DNA of 63,782 nucleotides, filler included, from Octopus bimaculoides (lineage: Eukaryota): NCBI RefSeq assembly GCF_001194135.2. It is 4 parts of 4 records of this genome, joined end to end, with 100 filler letters (N's around TTAATTAATTAA, not from the genome) between each part and the next. Parts side by side here need not be neighbours in the genome. Positions count along the whole stretch, not along the records: positions 36,112 to 62,417 come from NC_068998.1; 3 more parts are not named here. The stretch is one strand, 5' to 3'. The translations under genes were made by a program, and so were the position numbers. The notes under the pieces are model-generated. The model saw nothing but the letters and a program-made list of their open reading frames with translations. It did not search any database and had not been told where the DNA came from. This document shows, piece by piece, positions 47,401 to 59,396 of the stretch. Position 1 is the stretch's first letter. The number at the start of each line of letters is the position of its first letter.

Positions 47401-48511
47401 TATACCGTGCGTTATTATTTTTTTTCTCTCGGGTGATATAAGCCTTGTTTCCAAACTCCCCCAAAGACACTTTTACATTTTAGCCTCGGTTGCATTTTCC
47501 GTGATGTTGTTCCGATGCCTCTCTGGGTGTTTTCCGGTGGCGGGTTACACGTTACACATTGTCGCCAGCTTGTTGACTATGTATTGAAATGCTTGTTTTG
47601 ATACTAACTGTTGCTAGTTGTCTTAGTAGAAAACTCCTGGTATCTTTTCTGCTTGGCTTTCACTTTTCAATTCCTTCAATTTTGTTCCAATTGATTTCAA
47701 ATTTAGGGTATTGATGTAGTTTTGTATGCTAATTATTGAAATGATATTCATTTTTGCCATAAATTAATAAAAAAAAGTTTATAGCTTTTAAAGTTTACAA
47801 ATTTGGGGTAATTTTAGCCAATCGAAAGCCACAGATACATTAGTGCCTGTTTCCATAGTAACAAGCCAAGCTGTTGTGTTGTCTGCTTTCCCGTTTGTTT
47901 GTTTGTTTTGTAATTACGTTCTCGTTATAAAATGTGTATTGTTTACATCAGTGTTTCCCAACCTATTTACACTCCCAGGCCCCACTAAAACTTTCCAGAA
48001 AAATGTATGAGCCACCGGTGATTGGAAAAAAAGCTTTATTTTTAATATTTTATCACAATTATTAAATAGGCAGTAGGTCTACGGTTATGGCCACTCTGTG
48101 GTCAGGTTTCTTAAGGAAAATTCAAATTCTACTATATTTAAGTTCATTTCAAGGTCAAACTGTACTTAATAAACTTTCTTTTTTTCAGGAAATTTTATAT
48201 TTGTTTAGACCTTTAATGAAAAGTATCCCTCATATTAAAACTTATCAACGCTAAATAGACGCTACCATGACTTAGTAAAACAAAACGAAGGTCAAATGCG
48301 TTGGCCTAATTGAAGCATGAAAAAGCATTTTTTCTTATAGAAAATGAAAGTTTGAAATTTCTTTTTTTGAAAAAAAGCGGAACAAAACATTTTCTTTAAT
48401 ATTTACTCATACTTGAAACTGTGAGTTAGTTATCTCTAGATATTTTATCCTTTCAACATAAAAAGTCATGATGAACTCAGGATAAACTTTGTCCAACCTT
48501 AGACTATTTTT

Positions 48512-49650
48512 GGTGCTACTTTGGCGTGTGATCTACAACTTAAAGGGCGATTACTTTAGGTTACTTTTTAGTTCCTTTTCAATTTCTAAAAACCTTTAAG
48601 ATGTTGGCTAAAGATTTTTTACAATAAATTCTTTTGTACATACTTAGCATGTCTTGCAAACAACTTGCACATGCAAGTGCTACTAGTCGAGAATTCCGCA
48701 TACCGGAAGCCAGCAAGTGTATGGGGTCATCAGGAGAGAATGCGCGCCGTTTCGGGACCTACCTCTCGATAGCATCAATGTGCACCCCGCCCCTTACTGA
48801 TATGAGGCCCAGCTTGCTAGATCAACTGGTAATTAAATATAGCTAAATATTACTCTAGCCATCGCTCATCGTCCCTTTTTAACCAAATTCAGTGGCTAGC
48901 CTTTTCCACTGTAGTTTGGATATCAGTCATGGTGGTATTCACCTTACGATGAGTTAGGCCTAACGATAACAACAGTCGTCTCACACTGAGTCCAACAAAC
49001 CCTCTACTTCGATTGGAAAATTCTCCGCTTTNNNNNNNNNNNNNNNNNNNNNNNNNNNNNNNNNNNNNNNNNNNNNNNNNNNNNNNNNNNNNNNNNNNNN
49101 NNNNNNNNNNNNNNNNNNNNNNNNNNNNNNNNNNNNNNNNNNNNNNATAATGGTCAATCTTTCGAGCCCGAGCGGCGTCCATGTTATCTTCATGAGGAAC
49201 CGTTAACTCGACTAGATTTACAACTTTCTTCCCTTCACACCTCATTAAAATGTTCGGTTTTTTCGTAACTGGGACGGGAAAGAGTCCCTGGCATCCTGGT
49301 AAATTTGCAGTCACCTCCTAATAGCCGTTCCACTTTTCATTTCTCACAGGAAGTTTCTTATTCTTCTTGAAACGGATCCGCTGACCTGAGCGCACGAAGG
49401 TAATGAAATCTCTAGTTGGTACTTTCAATGGATTTTTCAAAATTCTTACAATTTTAATAATAATAAAACCATGTTTCATTTATGTCTTTGTAAATAATAA
49501 TAATAATGATAAACCATGAATAAACAACGTAATAATTAAAATAAGCGATTAGATCACACAAGCTTGACATTCGCGAGTTTTGCAAAGAAACTAAAAACTA
49601 ACCTAAAGTGATCGCCCTTGAAGTTGTAAATCGCACGCCAAAGTAGCACC
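48512..49650. repeat. 62-bp inverted repeat pair (48512-48573 / 49589-49650) enclosing the Hero fragment
   Basis: 57/62 identity between the left arm and the reverse complement of the right arm. Confidence 0.75.
48850..49400 (-). mobile_element. Hero-clade-like RLE non-LTR retrotransposon 3' end
   Basis: KPNILM...KVVNLVELTVPHEDNMDAARARK..HY...RGFVGLSVRRLLLSLGL...VEKASH. Confidence 0.7.
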
Positions 49651-51384
49651 CAATTTTTTTTACAACAAATCGCCGTACCATTTGTATAAGATACATAACA
49701 AGATTAATAATTTATTGACTTCTAATAATTATATACTTTCCTTAAAGATATATCCACACTAGGGCATTAGAATAGCGCTATACTGTAGCAAACAGTCTTC
49801 ACACAATATGCTTGGCTCGAAGGATAGGTTTGGTTAAGCTGAGTATAGGTCTGTTTGCTGTGAAAAAAAGACTTTCACAATTCCATATCCCACTAAAAAA
49901 AAAAAGAAAGAAAAGAGTTGGATCCTGCGCCCCACCACTTTTTCTCGGGCACTACCGGTGGAATGTATTTCCCACGTTGGAAATCACTGGTTTACATGAA
50001 CTGAACTATTGTTTTTTTCTCGTAAACGTTCAGTTTCAGTTTCATTTGTTTGTTTTATCAGTATTTTTTCGCATTATATGCCTATTCCAAAATTTCACAT
50101 GACTTTATTCTTCAAAACTTATTAAATCTTCCGTCTTTGAATGTTTTGTCGTCCTTATGTTGTCATCACGTACAAAATGCCAGCTTCCAATACATAATTA
50201 TTGAAAGTAATCTCAAATAATGTTATATGAATATAAAAACTGCAAATAATATTGCTGTATGATGTAGAAACATATGTACCCAGGCAAAATTAAAGCCAGT
50301 CTATGTTCGGATTGTCCTTGCACAGGGGCCATCCAGACTCCCGTCTTCGCCGTGAGCAAGGATTTATCTTCTCTCTTCGCTCCTTTGCACCACATGGGCT
50401 CAACTAATCTCCCCTCTTCACCTAATCTTCCTCCTCTCTTCTTTTCCTCTCACACCAACTTCCTCCCACCCACCTCTCCTCTCTTGCTCTGATACCTACT
50501 TCCTCTCTTCACTCCTACCCACTTTCTACCTTCCACCCTCTCCCTTCATCGTCACCCCCTCCCTCGTTACCCCACCCCTACACATTCTAACCCCACCATC
50601 CCTATACAACCCATCCCATCACCACCCCATCACTTACACCCCACTCCCACATACCCCACACCACACCACATNNNNNNNNNNNNNNNNNNNNNNNNNNNNN
50701 NNNNNNNNNNNNNNNNNNNNNNNNNNNNNNNNNNNNNNNNNNNNNNNNNNNNNNNNNNNNNNNNNNNNNNNNNNNNNNNNNNNNNNNNNNNNNNNNNNNN
50801 NNNNNNNNNNNNNNNNNNNNNNNNNNNNNNNNNNNNNNNNNNNNNNNNNNNNNNNNNNNNNNNNNNNNNNNNNNTATATATAGAGAGAGAGAGAGAGACA
50901 GAGAGAGACAGAGAGAGACAGAGAGAGACAGAGAGAGACAGAGAGAGACAGAGAGAGGCAGACAGACAGATATATATATATATATATATATAATTTATGA
51001 AGGTATCATTTATTCTATTATTATCGAATATAACTATTTTAAGAATGATAATAACAGAATCAATGATACAGGCGACAGCAGGTCAAAAAAATAGCATTAA
51101 ATAGCCGAGGGATTAAAATTAATCAAAGGACATACTAAGTCTGTCTACCTGCTTGAAATAACAGTCAGATCTCGTTATTAAATCGCCAAAAATTCACTGT
51201 TGATAACTACAGAAATCAAACTAAGGCAAATTTGGTTAAGACAATCTACTTACATACATTTGGATTTTCGTGGACCAGTTTCTGCATGAGCAATATAAGC
51301 CTTAGCTTCTTCAGCACGTATTCCCACGCATTAGTATTTTTTAAGTAGTAGGTTGCAAGGCTGACTTTGTCTTGGTTTAAGGTT

Positions 51385-52310
51385 TTATGAGCATGGAAAC
51401 TTATTATGAGATTTTATAGATTTGGTGAAGTGCGTGAAAGATGAGTAGTACCTGTGTTTACAAGAATAAATAACATCAGAGAACCTATTAAGTAATGAGG
51501 AGTTATGAAGGCGAAGAATGGTTAACGATTCCTTTAGACATAACTTACACTTGCTAATGTTTTTATTGTAATTTTCCACCCCAGCATAAATACAATACCA
51601 TCTTTAACAAATCACCATTGAAAATCTCCTACTCCATCACACCTAATTTAGGATCTATACTCGCCTCCTCGAACAAACGCAAACTCCAACACCAGTCCTC
51701 TGAACACCTAAACTCTCACACTGCATCCCAAGTTAGCCCAAGTTAGCCCACACAACCCTAAATAAACCCCTCAATTAATTGATACTAGGCTCAAGCCATC
51801 AATCCACAATCGTACCTGCGCAATAACAAATACTAGCTGCAATGCCACCTCCCAATCCAATACAAATACAGCTCACACATCTGGTTCTTCCCCACTAACA
51901 ATGATTAAACTGACCTCAACCTCACTAGCAGTACATCCCAATCACGGAGCAGGTAGGAAAACTTGTAATTGTCGCGTATTTCAATTATGCCCCCTTGGAG
52001 GCTCCTGTTTATGCAAAAATGTAATATACAAGTACCGTGTTATAACACCACGCACCCACCAAGCAAGGATATATATCGGCGGCACTATAGATTTCAAGCG
52101 CCCCTACCATGCACGCATGAACTCTTTCACCAATCCAAATACTAAATTGTCTGCCTCCTTACCAACTTCAAATCCCAAAATATTCCATACATCCTATCCT
52201 GGTCCACAGTAGGCGAAGCTCCCCCATACAATGCAAAAATTGGCAAGTGTAAGTTATGTCTAAAAGAACTATTAACCATTTTCGCCTTCATAACTCCTCA
52301 TTACTTCAGA
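51385..52310. mobile_element. Penelope-like GIY-YIG remnants in inverted (divergent) arrangement
   Basis: + strand CNCR...CPLGGSCLCKNVIY...IYIGGT.DFK; - strand SKCKLCLKESLTI...LLNRFSDVIYSCKHR; 51490-51570 and 52227-52306 are ~85-90% inverted copies. Confidence 0.75.
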
Positions 52311-52337
52311 GAATCTTAGCCTCCCCACCAAGTATTT

Positions 52338-52732
52338 AGGAGTGACTGTGTGGTAAGTAGCTTGCTTACCAACCACATGGTTCTGGGTTCAGTCCCACTG
52401 CGTGGCACCTTGGCAAGTGTCTTCTACTATAGCCTCGGGCCGATCAAAGCCTTGTGAGTGGATTTGGTAGACGGAAACTGAAAGAAGCCTGTCGTATATA
52501 TGTGTATGTATATATATGTGTGTGTGTTTGTGTGTCTGTGTTTGTCCCCCCCAACATCGCTTGACAACCGATGCTGGTGTGTTTAAGTCCCTGTCATTTA
52601 GCGGTTCGGCTAAAGAGACCGATATAATAAGTACTAGGCTTACAAAGAATAAGTCCTGGGGTCGATTTGCTCGACTAAAGGCGGTGCTCCAGCATGGCCG
52701 CAGTCAAATGACTGAAACAAGTAAAAGAGTAA
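52338..52732 (+). mobile_element. SINE family A, full length
   Basis: Complete head, internal TA/TG microsatellite and tail. Confidence 0.85.
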
Positions 52733-55700
52733 TACCCCCACACCTTTGAAAACTAACTAATCTACCTCTACCCCCGCCCTACTCACATCCCTCTATTCAA
52801 TTCCATATTCCTCTATTGACCATAACACCCCACCACACCCCATCCAATACCAACTGAATGTCCTTGTCCTACCCGCCAGCCACTGAACCAGTCAACTCAT
52901 TTCCCTCAAATAATAGCCATCACTGTTTCTCAATCTCAACCTTCATACAAACTAACACAAAGGTCATTCTTCACATACTACCTAAACTATCATTCCCCCT
53001 TCTTCCACCTCTACTGCTATCACTAGCCTCATTATTAACCCTAACCCCCCAAACTATTTTCTCCTTCCACTACTCTCTATTTAAACACTACAACTCCTTT
53101 TTCTAATACACTTAGTTCTCCATTCCACCTTTAATCTCCATTCTGTCAACACTTCAAGTGTAAAATTCTTCCCTGAACATGGACACTGGTGGTATCCGAT
53201 GATGAAATCAAGTTACAAGCATTGTTTTGGACCACCAAGCCCCCAGAAACAGCTGTTGGATTCGTAAAACTCCTACTCAACCCCCTTAATGTATACATAA
53301 GTACATTTTTGTATCAAATGTATTTAATATTTTCTGTATATCGACTTGCCTAACATTTGTCCCTACATTTACTCCTGTACCTGCTCAAGTTCAAATCTCT
53401 TGAGCACTTCGAAGTGTATTCTATACAGAGAATACTCATCACCAGAACGGTCCCCAATTATGCCAACCTCTTAAGTACATTATATCATTATAAAACACGT
53501 TTTATTCTGATGAATACAGGAATTTAACAATGAAAGATATCTAAAATTATTTTAAATCCACGGCACATACATATTAATGATCCTACGACTGGCTCTTGCC
53601 GGTAATATTGTAAAATTCATGTATTTATCGGAAGAAATGTTTTTTTTTATAATGATATAATGTACTCATTGATCAATTAAAACATTTGTTAAAAACGGCT
53701 ATAATGAATTGACACCTGTCCATCAACTGTTATTTATTTATAATTCCCCTGTCTCGGAACATGGCCCTCGCATATATATTCCGAAGTATATTATGGACTG
53801 TATATTTAATATATATGTACATGTCTGAATAGATCAAGAGAGAATTATATATTCAGTCGGGTCCAGTTAACGGCATACATTACCCGAATATCCTTCTGCC
53901 AGTACTTTTGTACCAAGGTTGGAATTCATCTATAACTGTAGTGTGTACATTTTATTCCGACATAATTAGGTGCCTCAACTTTAAGCACCTTATTCAACTG
54001 GATCTTGTTATATTAGGTGTGTGTGTGCGTGTGTATATATATGCATATATATATATATANNNNNNNNNNNNNNNNNNNNNNNNNNNNNNNNNNNNNNNNN
54101 NNNNNNNNNNNNNNNNNNNNNNNNNNNNNNNNNNNNNNNNNNNNNNNNNNNNNNNNNNNNNNNNNNNNNNNNNNNNNNNNNNNNNNNNNNNNNNNNNNNN
54201 NNNNNNNNNNNNNNNNNNNNNNNNNNNNNNNNNNNNNNNNNNNNNNNNNNNNNNNNNNNNNNNNNNNNNNNNNNNNNNNNNNNNNNNNNNNNNNNNNNNN
54301 NNNNNNNNNNNNNNNNNNNNNNNNNNNNNNNNNNNNNNNNNNNNNNNNNNNNNNNNNNNNNNNNNNNNNNNNNNNNNNNNNNNNNNNNNNNNNNNNNNNN
54401 NNNNNNNNNNNNNNNNNNNNNNNNNNNNNNNNNNNNNNNNNNNNNNNNNNNNNNNNNNNNNNNNNNNNNNNNNNNNNNNNNNNNNNNNNNNNNNNNNNNN
54501 NNNNNNNNNNNNNNNNNNNNNNNNNNNNNNNNNNNNNNNNNNNNNNNNNNNNNNNNNNNNNNNNNNNNNNNNNNNNNNNNNNNNNNNNNNNNNNNNNNNN
54601 NNNNNNNNNNNNNNNNNNNNNNNNNNNNNNNNNNNNNNNNNNNNNNNNNNNNNNNNNNNNNNNNNNNNNNNNNNNNNNNNNNNNNNNNNNNNNNNNNNNN
54701 NNNNNNNNNNNNNNNNNNNNNNNNNNNNNNNNNNNNNNNNNNNNNNNNNNNNNNNNNNNNNNNNNNNNNNNNNNNNNNNNNNNNNNNNNNNNNNNNNNNN
54801 NNNNNNNNNNNNNNNNNNNNNNNNNNNNNNNNNNNNNNNAGAAGAGGTCAGAAAAGGGTCAAGTGATGGAGACACCGCTTCGAAGACCGTTGTGACTTCG
54901 ATGAACGCTTTGATGAATATAATGTTTTCAACACCCATCTAGCTTATATTAACCATCTAGACATCAAAACAAACAGTGGTTTTGCAAAAATGAAAACTAC
55001 CTAAAAGTGTCTAAAATCGACTGGAAATCACAAAATAAGCATTTTCAAGTTTTGTTGCTTTTTCATGGTTATTTGCCAAATTTTGTGAGTTTGTGTTTTC
55101 TGAAAACGGTTGTGACTTCGGTATTAGAGAAATAGAGGATTATTTATTTGCGTTACAATTTAGAAAAACAGTAAATAGTTGTCACTATAGTGCTCGGAGT
55201 TTCAAATGTCGGAGCGAAGAGCTACGACACATTCTCGTCGATTATTAATGGCAACAGACGCTATGAAAAGGAAATCATTAAATAAAAGGGAAGTAACTCT
55301 AATAGATGGAAAAAGAAAAATGAAAAGATACACGCAGCAATATTCTCACAATACATACACATAAACCTCCTGCGTTCACAACGTCTACATACATACACAT
55401 TCACACAAACATGTATACGTACATGTACACACACACGCACACACACAAATATATATGTATGTAAGTACTCATACATGCACACATATCCACACACATAACG
55501 CACACACACACACAGACACACACACACATACACACACACACACACACAACACACACACATATATATATACGCAACCTCATCCTCATATACACATAGTTGC
55601 TTACATGCATACAAGTAACATAATACATATATATTTAGACATTTATACGTATAAATATATGTATATATATACAGACATACATTCACACTCCCGCATACAT

Positions 55701-56001
55701 ATATATATATGTATACGTATGTATATATATTGTATGTATATATATGTGTATGCGTGTGTATATATGTGTATGTGTATATGTATGTATATGAGTATAAGAC
55801 TGTCTGGTGCATACGTGCGACTTTCATGCACACGTCCCCTTTACTTATACGGATATGCATATGATTGTATATGTGCGGGTGTAGGAGTGATATATATATA
55901 TNNNNNNNNNNNNNNNNNNNNNNNNNNNNNNNNNNNNNNNNNNNNNNNNNNNNNNNNNNNNNNNNNNNNNNNNNNNNNNNNNNNNNNNNNNNNNNNNNNN
56001 N

Positions 56002-57317
56002 ATACTATTTAAACGAAGATTCAGGTTAAACTAAAATTCTTAACGAACCTTTGGATTAAAAAACAATTTCAACGAAGTTTTACATTAAACTAAATTTCTT
56101 AACGAATTTTTCGTTTAAAATACAAATTAAATGAATTTTAGGTAAAACTATAATAATTAACGATTCTTACGTTTAAAATGCAATTTAAACGAAGTTTTAG
56201 GTTAAACTAAATTTCTTTCCGAATCTTACGTTAAGAATAACATTTAAACAAAGTGTTTGTTTAAACTAAAATTCTTAACAAATCTTTCGTTTAAAATACA
56301 ATTTAAAGGAAGTTTCAGTTTAAACTAAAATTCTAAACGAACCTTTATTTAAAAATACAATTGCAACGAAATTTTAGGTTAAACTAAAATACTTAATGAA
56401 TCTTTTCGTTTAAAATACAATTTAAACGAAGTTTTAGGTAAAACAAGAATTCTTAACGATTCCTACGTTTAATACACAATTTAAACGAAGTTTTAGCTGA
56501 AACTAAAATAAATAACTCATCTTACGTTTAGAATACAATTTAAACGAAGATTTAGTCTAAACTAAGTTGCATTTAGAATTCAATTTAAACGAACTTGTTG
56601 GTTAAACTAAAATTCTTAACGAATCTTTCGTTTAAAATACTATTTAAACGAAGTTTAAGGTTAAACTAAAATTCTTAAGGAATAATGTTTCACAAACTAT
56701 TTAAACGAAGTTTTAGGTTAAACTGAAATTCTAAACGAATCTTACGTTGAAAATATAATTTCTACGAAGTTTTATTTAAACTAATATCCCTAACGAATCT
56801 TACGTTTGAAATACAATTTAAACGAAGTTGTACGTTACACTAAACTTCTTCACGAATCTTACCTTTAAAATACAATTTAAACCAAGTTTTATGTTAAACT
56901 AAAATTCTTAACGATTCTTACGTTTAACATACAATTTAAATGCAATTTTAGCGTGTATAATTTAAACGAAGTTTTAAGTTAAGCTAAAGTGTTTAACGAA
57001 TCTTACGTTTAAAATACAATTTAAACGAAGTTTTAGTTTAAACTAAAATTCTCAACGAATCTTTCGTTTAAAATACATTTTAAACGAAGTTTTCGTTTAA
57101 ACTAAAATAATTAACGAATCTTCCGTTTAAAATACAATTTAAACGATGTTTTTGTTTAAACGAATATAATTAAGGCATGTTACGTTTAAAATAAAATTTA
57201 AACGAAGTTTTAGGTTAAACTAATATTCTTAACGAAACTTTCGTTTAAAATACAATGTAAACGAAGTTTTAGGTTAAACTTAAATTCTTAACGAATCTTT
57301 CTTTTAAAATACAATTT
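56002..57317. repeat. 59-bp AT-rich satellite, ~22 units, dimer of ~29/30-bp hairpin subunits
   Basis: Consensus AACGAATCTT(A/T)CGTTTAAAATACAATTTAAACGAAGTTTTAGGTTAAACTAAAATTCTT; unit starts at 56995, 57054 and 57113 (period 59). Confidence 0.9.
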
Positions 57318-57436
57318 TTTTCTCCTTCTTCTGCTGTTAAAGCCAAAAAAATGCCAAATACAGGAACAGAAAGAAAGAAAGAAAGGAAAGAGAAAGAATG
57401 GAAGAGATAAAAAAAGAAAGAAAGGAACCCAACAGG

Positions 57437-57442
57437 TTTATT
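57437..57442 (-). terminator. Candidate polyadenylation signal of the PGRP gene
   Basis: AATAAA on the minus strand ~110 nt after the TGA. Confidence 0.4.
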
Positions 57443-57551
57443 TTGATTAATATTTGGCTATCTTTAATGTTGACTTGCAGAACTGTCATTTATAACATTT
57501 AAGAACATTGTAAGTCATTTTACAAAATAAAACAGCAAATAATATGATGCG

Positions 57552-57901
57552 TCAGCCTATGATGGAACTTGGAGATGGTTTAGTGTAAGAGTAATGTTTC
57601 CACGTCTGTATAAGTTGGTAGAATTTGTCTCCAGGACATGATGTTTCCCTCACATCTCGGTGACCATATAGTCTGTAGTTGGCAGTAATTTTACCCAAGC
57701 ATACTCCATAGTCAAGAATGTTTTTAACGGCATCTAAGGCAAGATTGTTGGGAAGTCTGTGCATAAAGTTTCCCATCACAGACACAGCAATAGCAACTCT
57801 GTTGAAATGCAATGTATGGGCACCTTCTCTGTCCCAGCTACGGCCAACATAAACGCGTCCATCTTCTCCAACCAAGAAATTATAACCAATGTCGAACCAG
57901 C
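57552..57901 (-). CDS. PGRP: Peptidoglycan recognition protein (Amidase_2), terminal coding exon; upstream exons not found
   Basis: GWFDIGYNFLVGEDGRVYVGRSW..EGAHT...GNF...GHRDVRETSCPG..YQLIQTW; phase-1 acceptor TTTACAG|GC at 57902/57901; TGA at 57552-57554. Confidence 0.9.
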
Positions 57902-58299
57902 CTGTAAATATAAAAATGTATATGTGTGTGTGAGTGTGTAAGAAAAGACATTTAATAACAGAAAAGTATACTATGAGAATACATGCATGCACACACACTG
58001 ACAAGCTCACTGACACTGAGCGTGAGCTATATGCTTTTATAGAGAGAGAATATAAGGTTAAGATGTATAGAGAGGGGGGAAAATTTACCATGAGAAAAGT
58101 GAAAAATGAAAGTGATAGACAAATAGAGACATTCCTGTTTTCAGATTTGACATTTTAAAATTGTGAAGATTAAAAAAAAATTTTAAGTATGATGCACACT
58201 GGGTTTGAGTTTGTAATACATTTATTCCCGAAAAATTTTAGAAAAATCTTACGGGGGTTTTAAAGTTTGATCATTTTTTCCAATCAGAAAACAAGATAT

Positions 58300-58482
58300 G
58301 TACGGGAGAGCTATCATAAAAGGCCTGAAATTTGGAGAGGCGACTAGTCGATTACATCGACCGCAGTGTTCCGAAAAGATGAAAGGCACAGTCGACCTTG
58401 GCGGAATTTGAACTGAGAACGTGAAGACATACGAAATGCTGCTAAGCATTTGGCTCGGCGTGCTAATGATTCTGGCAGCTAG
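58300..58482 (-). mobile_element. SINE family B
   Basis: AGGCCTGAAATTTGG...GAAAGGCACAGTCGACCTTGGCGGAATTTGAACTGAG...TGCTAATGATTCTGGCAGCT. Confidence 0.75.
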
Positions 58483-58743
58483 AATAATGGTGAAACAGAG
58501 AATAAAAGTGTTGTTGATCTAAAAGAGTTATTTCTCGCATAAAATTATATTTTTTATAAATATTTACGAACGACATTGTATTTGAGACACAGATTTTGAA
58601 ATGGTGTGTCATTCAATTTGGTTAATTTATACTGCATACAGAAATAAAAACATATTACATACATACAGCTGCTTACAAAAATAGGGATTAATGTATAATT
58701 TCTTTCTATGTTCATAATTTTTTGCTTACAATATTGAAAAAAT

Positions 58744-59396
58744 ATGCCACCAAAGAAAAGACGTAATCTCTCCAGAAACAAGTATAAAGCAAGGAAGATT
58801 GTAGAAAATCAAAGGCGAGAGTCTGAAGAGAGAAGCGAGATGAGATTTTCTCAAGATCAACAAATGCATGTTGCAGCAATTAATGCTGGATCATTAAATC
58901 AATGTTTTAATGATTAAACAGGTCCAACAGAAAAGCTCTCAAAAACAAACTACGTACAAATTCGTTCTTCACAACTCCTGTAGCTGTTTTCAGATATGAT
59001 CCATCCGATTCTTATAAAAAGGATAACTCTTGGTGTGCTAAACATAAATTGTCGTTTCTGTTGAGCTTTAAACTGTTCAAATTCACAAATGGTATGTGCT
59101 GCTCAGGCGGTCAGGTAATATTACCAGCACTACCTTCTCAACCTCTTATGGATCTTCTAGAAGGCACTTCCATCCAGTCAGATTTTCTGAACAATATCAG
59201 ACAATACAACTCCGCATTTCAAATGACATCGTTTGGTGCATCTTAGAAGATAGATAAACATGAATTTATGCCGACATCAAAGTTGAAGGGCAAGCCTATC
59301 ACCTCATTGGTTCCCTGTTACCCACAAATGAACAACCACAGTTCCTCCAAATTTATTTTATAAGTGATGTAGGACAACAAACCCAAACGAGGTGTT
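58744..59396 (+). mobile_element. Helitron Rep/Helicase N-terminal remnant
   Basis: Broken frames: CRFC.AL..., GMCCSGGQVILP...FLNNIRQYNSAFQMTSFGA..., FMPT.K..GQAYHLIGSLLP..EQPQFLQIYFI. Confidence 0.8.

Noticed and set aside
48722-48760. Minus-strand GAAAC...CTGATGA in the Hero 3' region as a type II hammerhead
   Set aside because: No stem II pairing next to the core (C opposite C) and no clear NUH/stem I.
53500-53545. CTGATGA...GAAAGATATCTA hammerhead-like core
   Set aside because: Stems I and II do not pair convincingly; at best a decayed copy.
56002-57317. CRISPR-like array interpretation of the palindromic repeat
   Set aside because: No unique spacers, no cas genes, eukaryotic context; it is a contiguous satellite.
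58744-58880. MPPKKRR NLS-like short ORF as a host gene
   Set aside because: Continuous with the Helitron Rep/Hel remnant.
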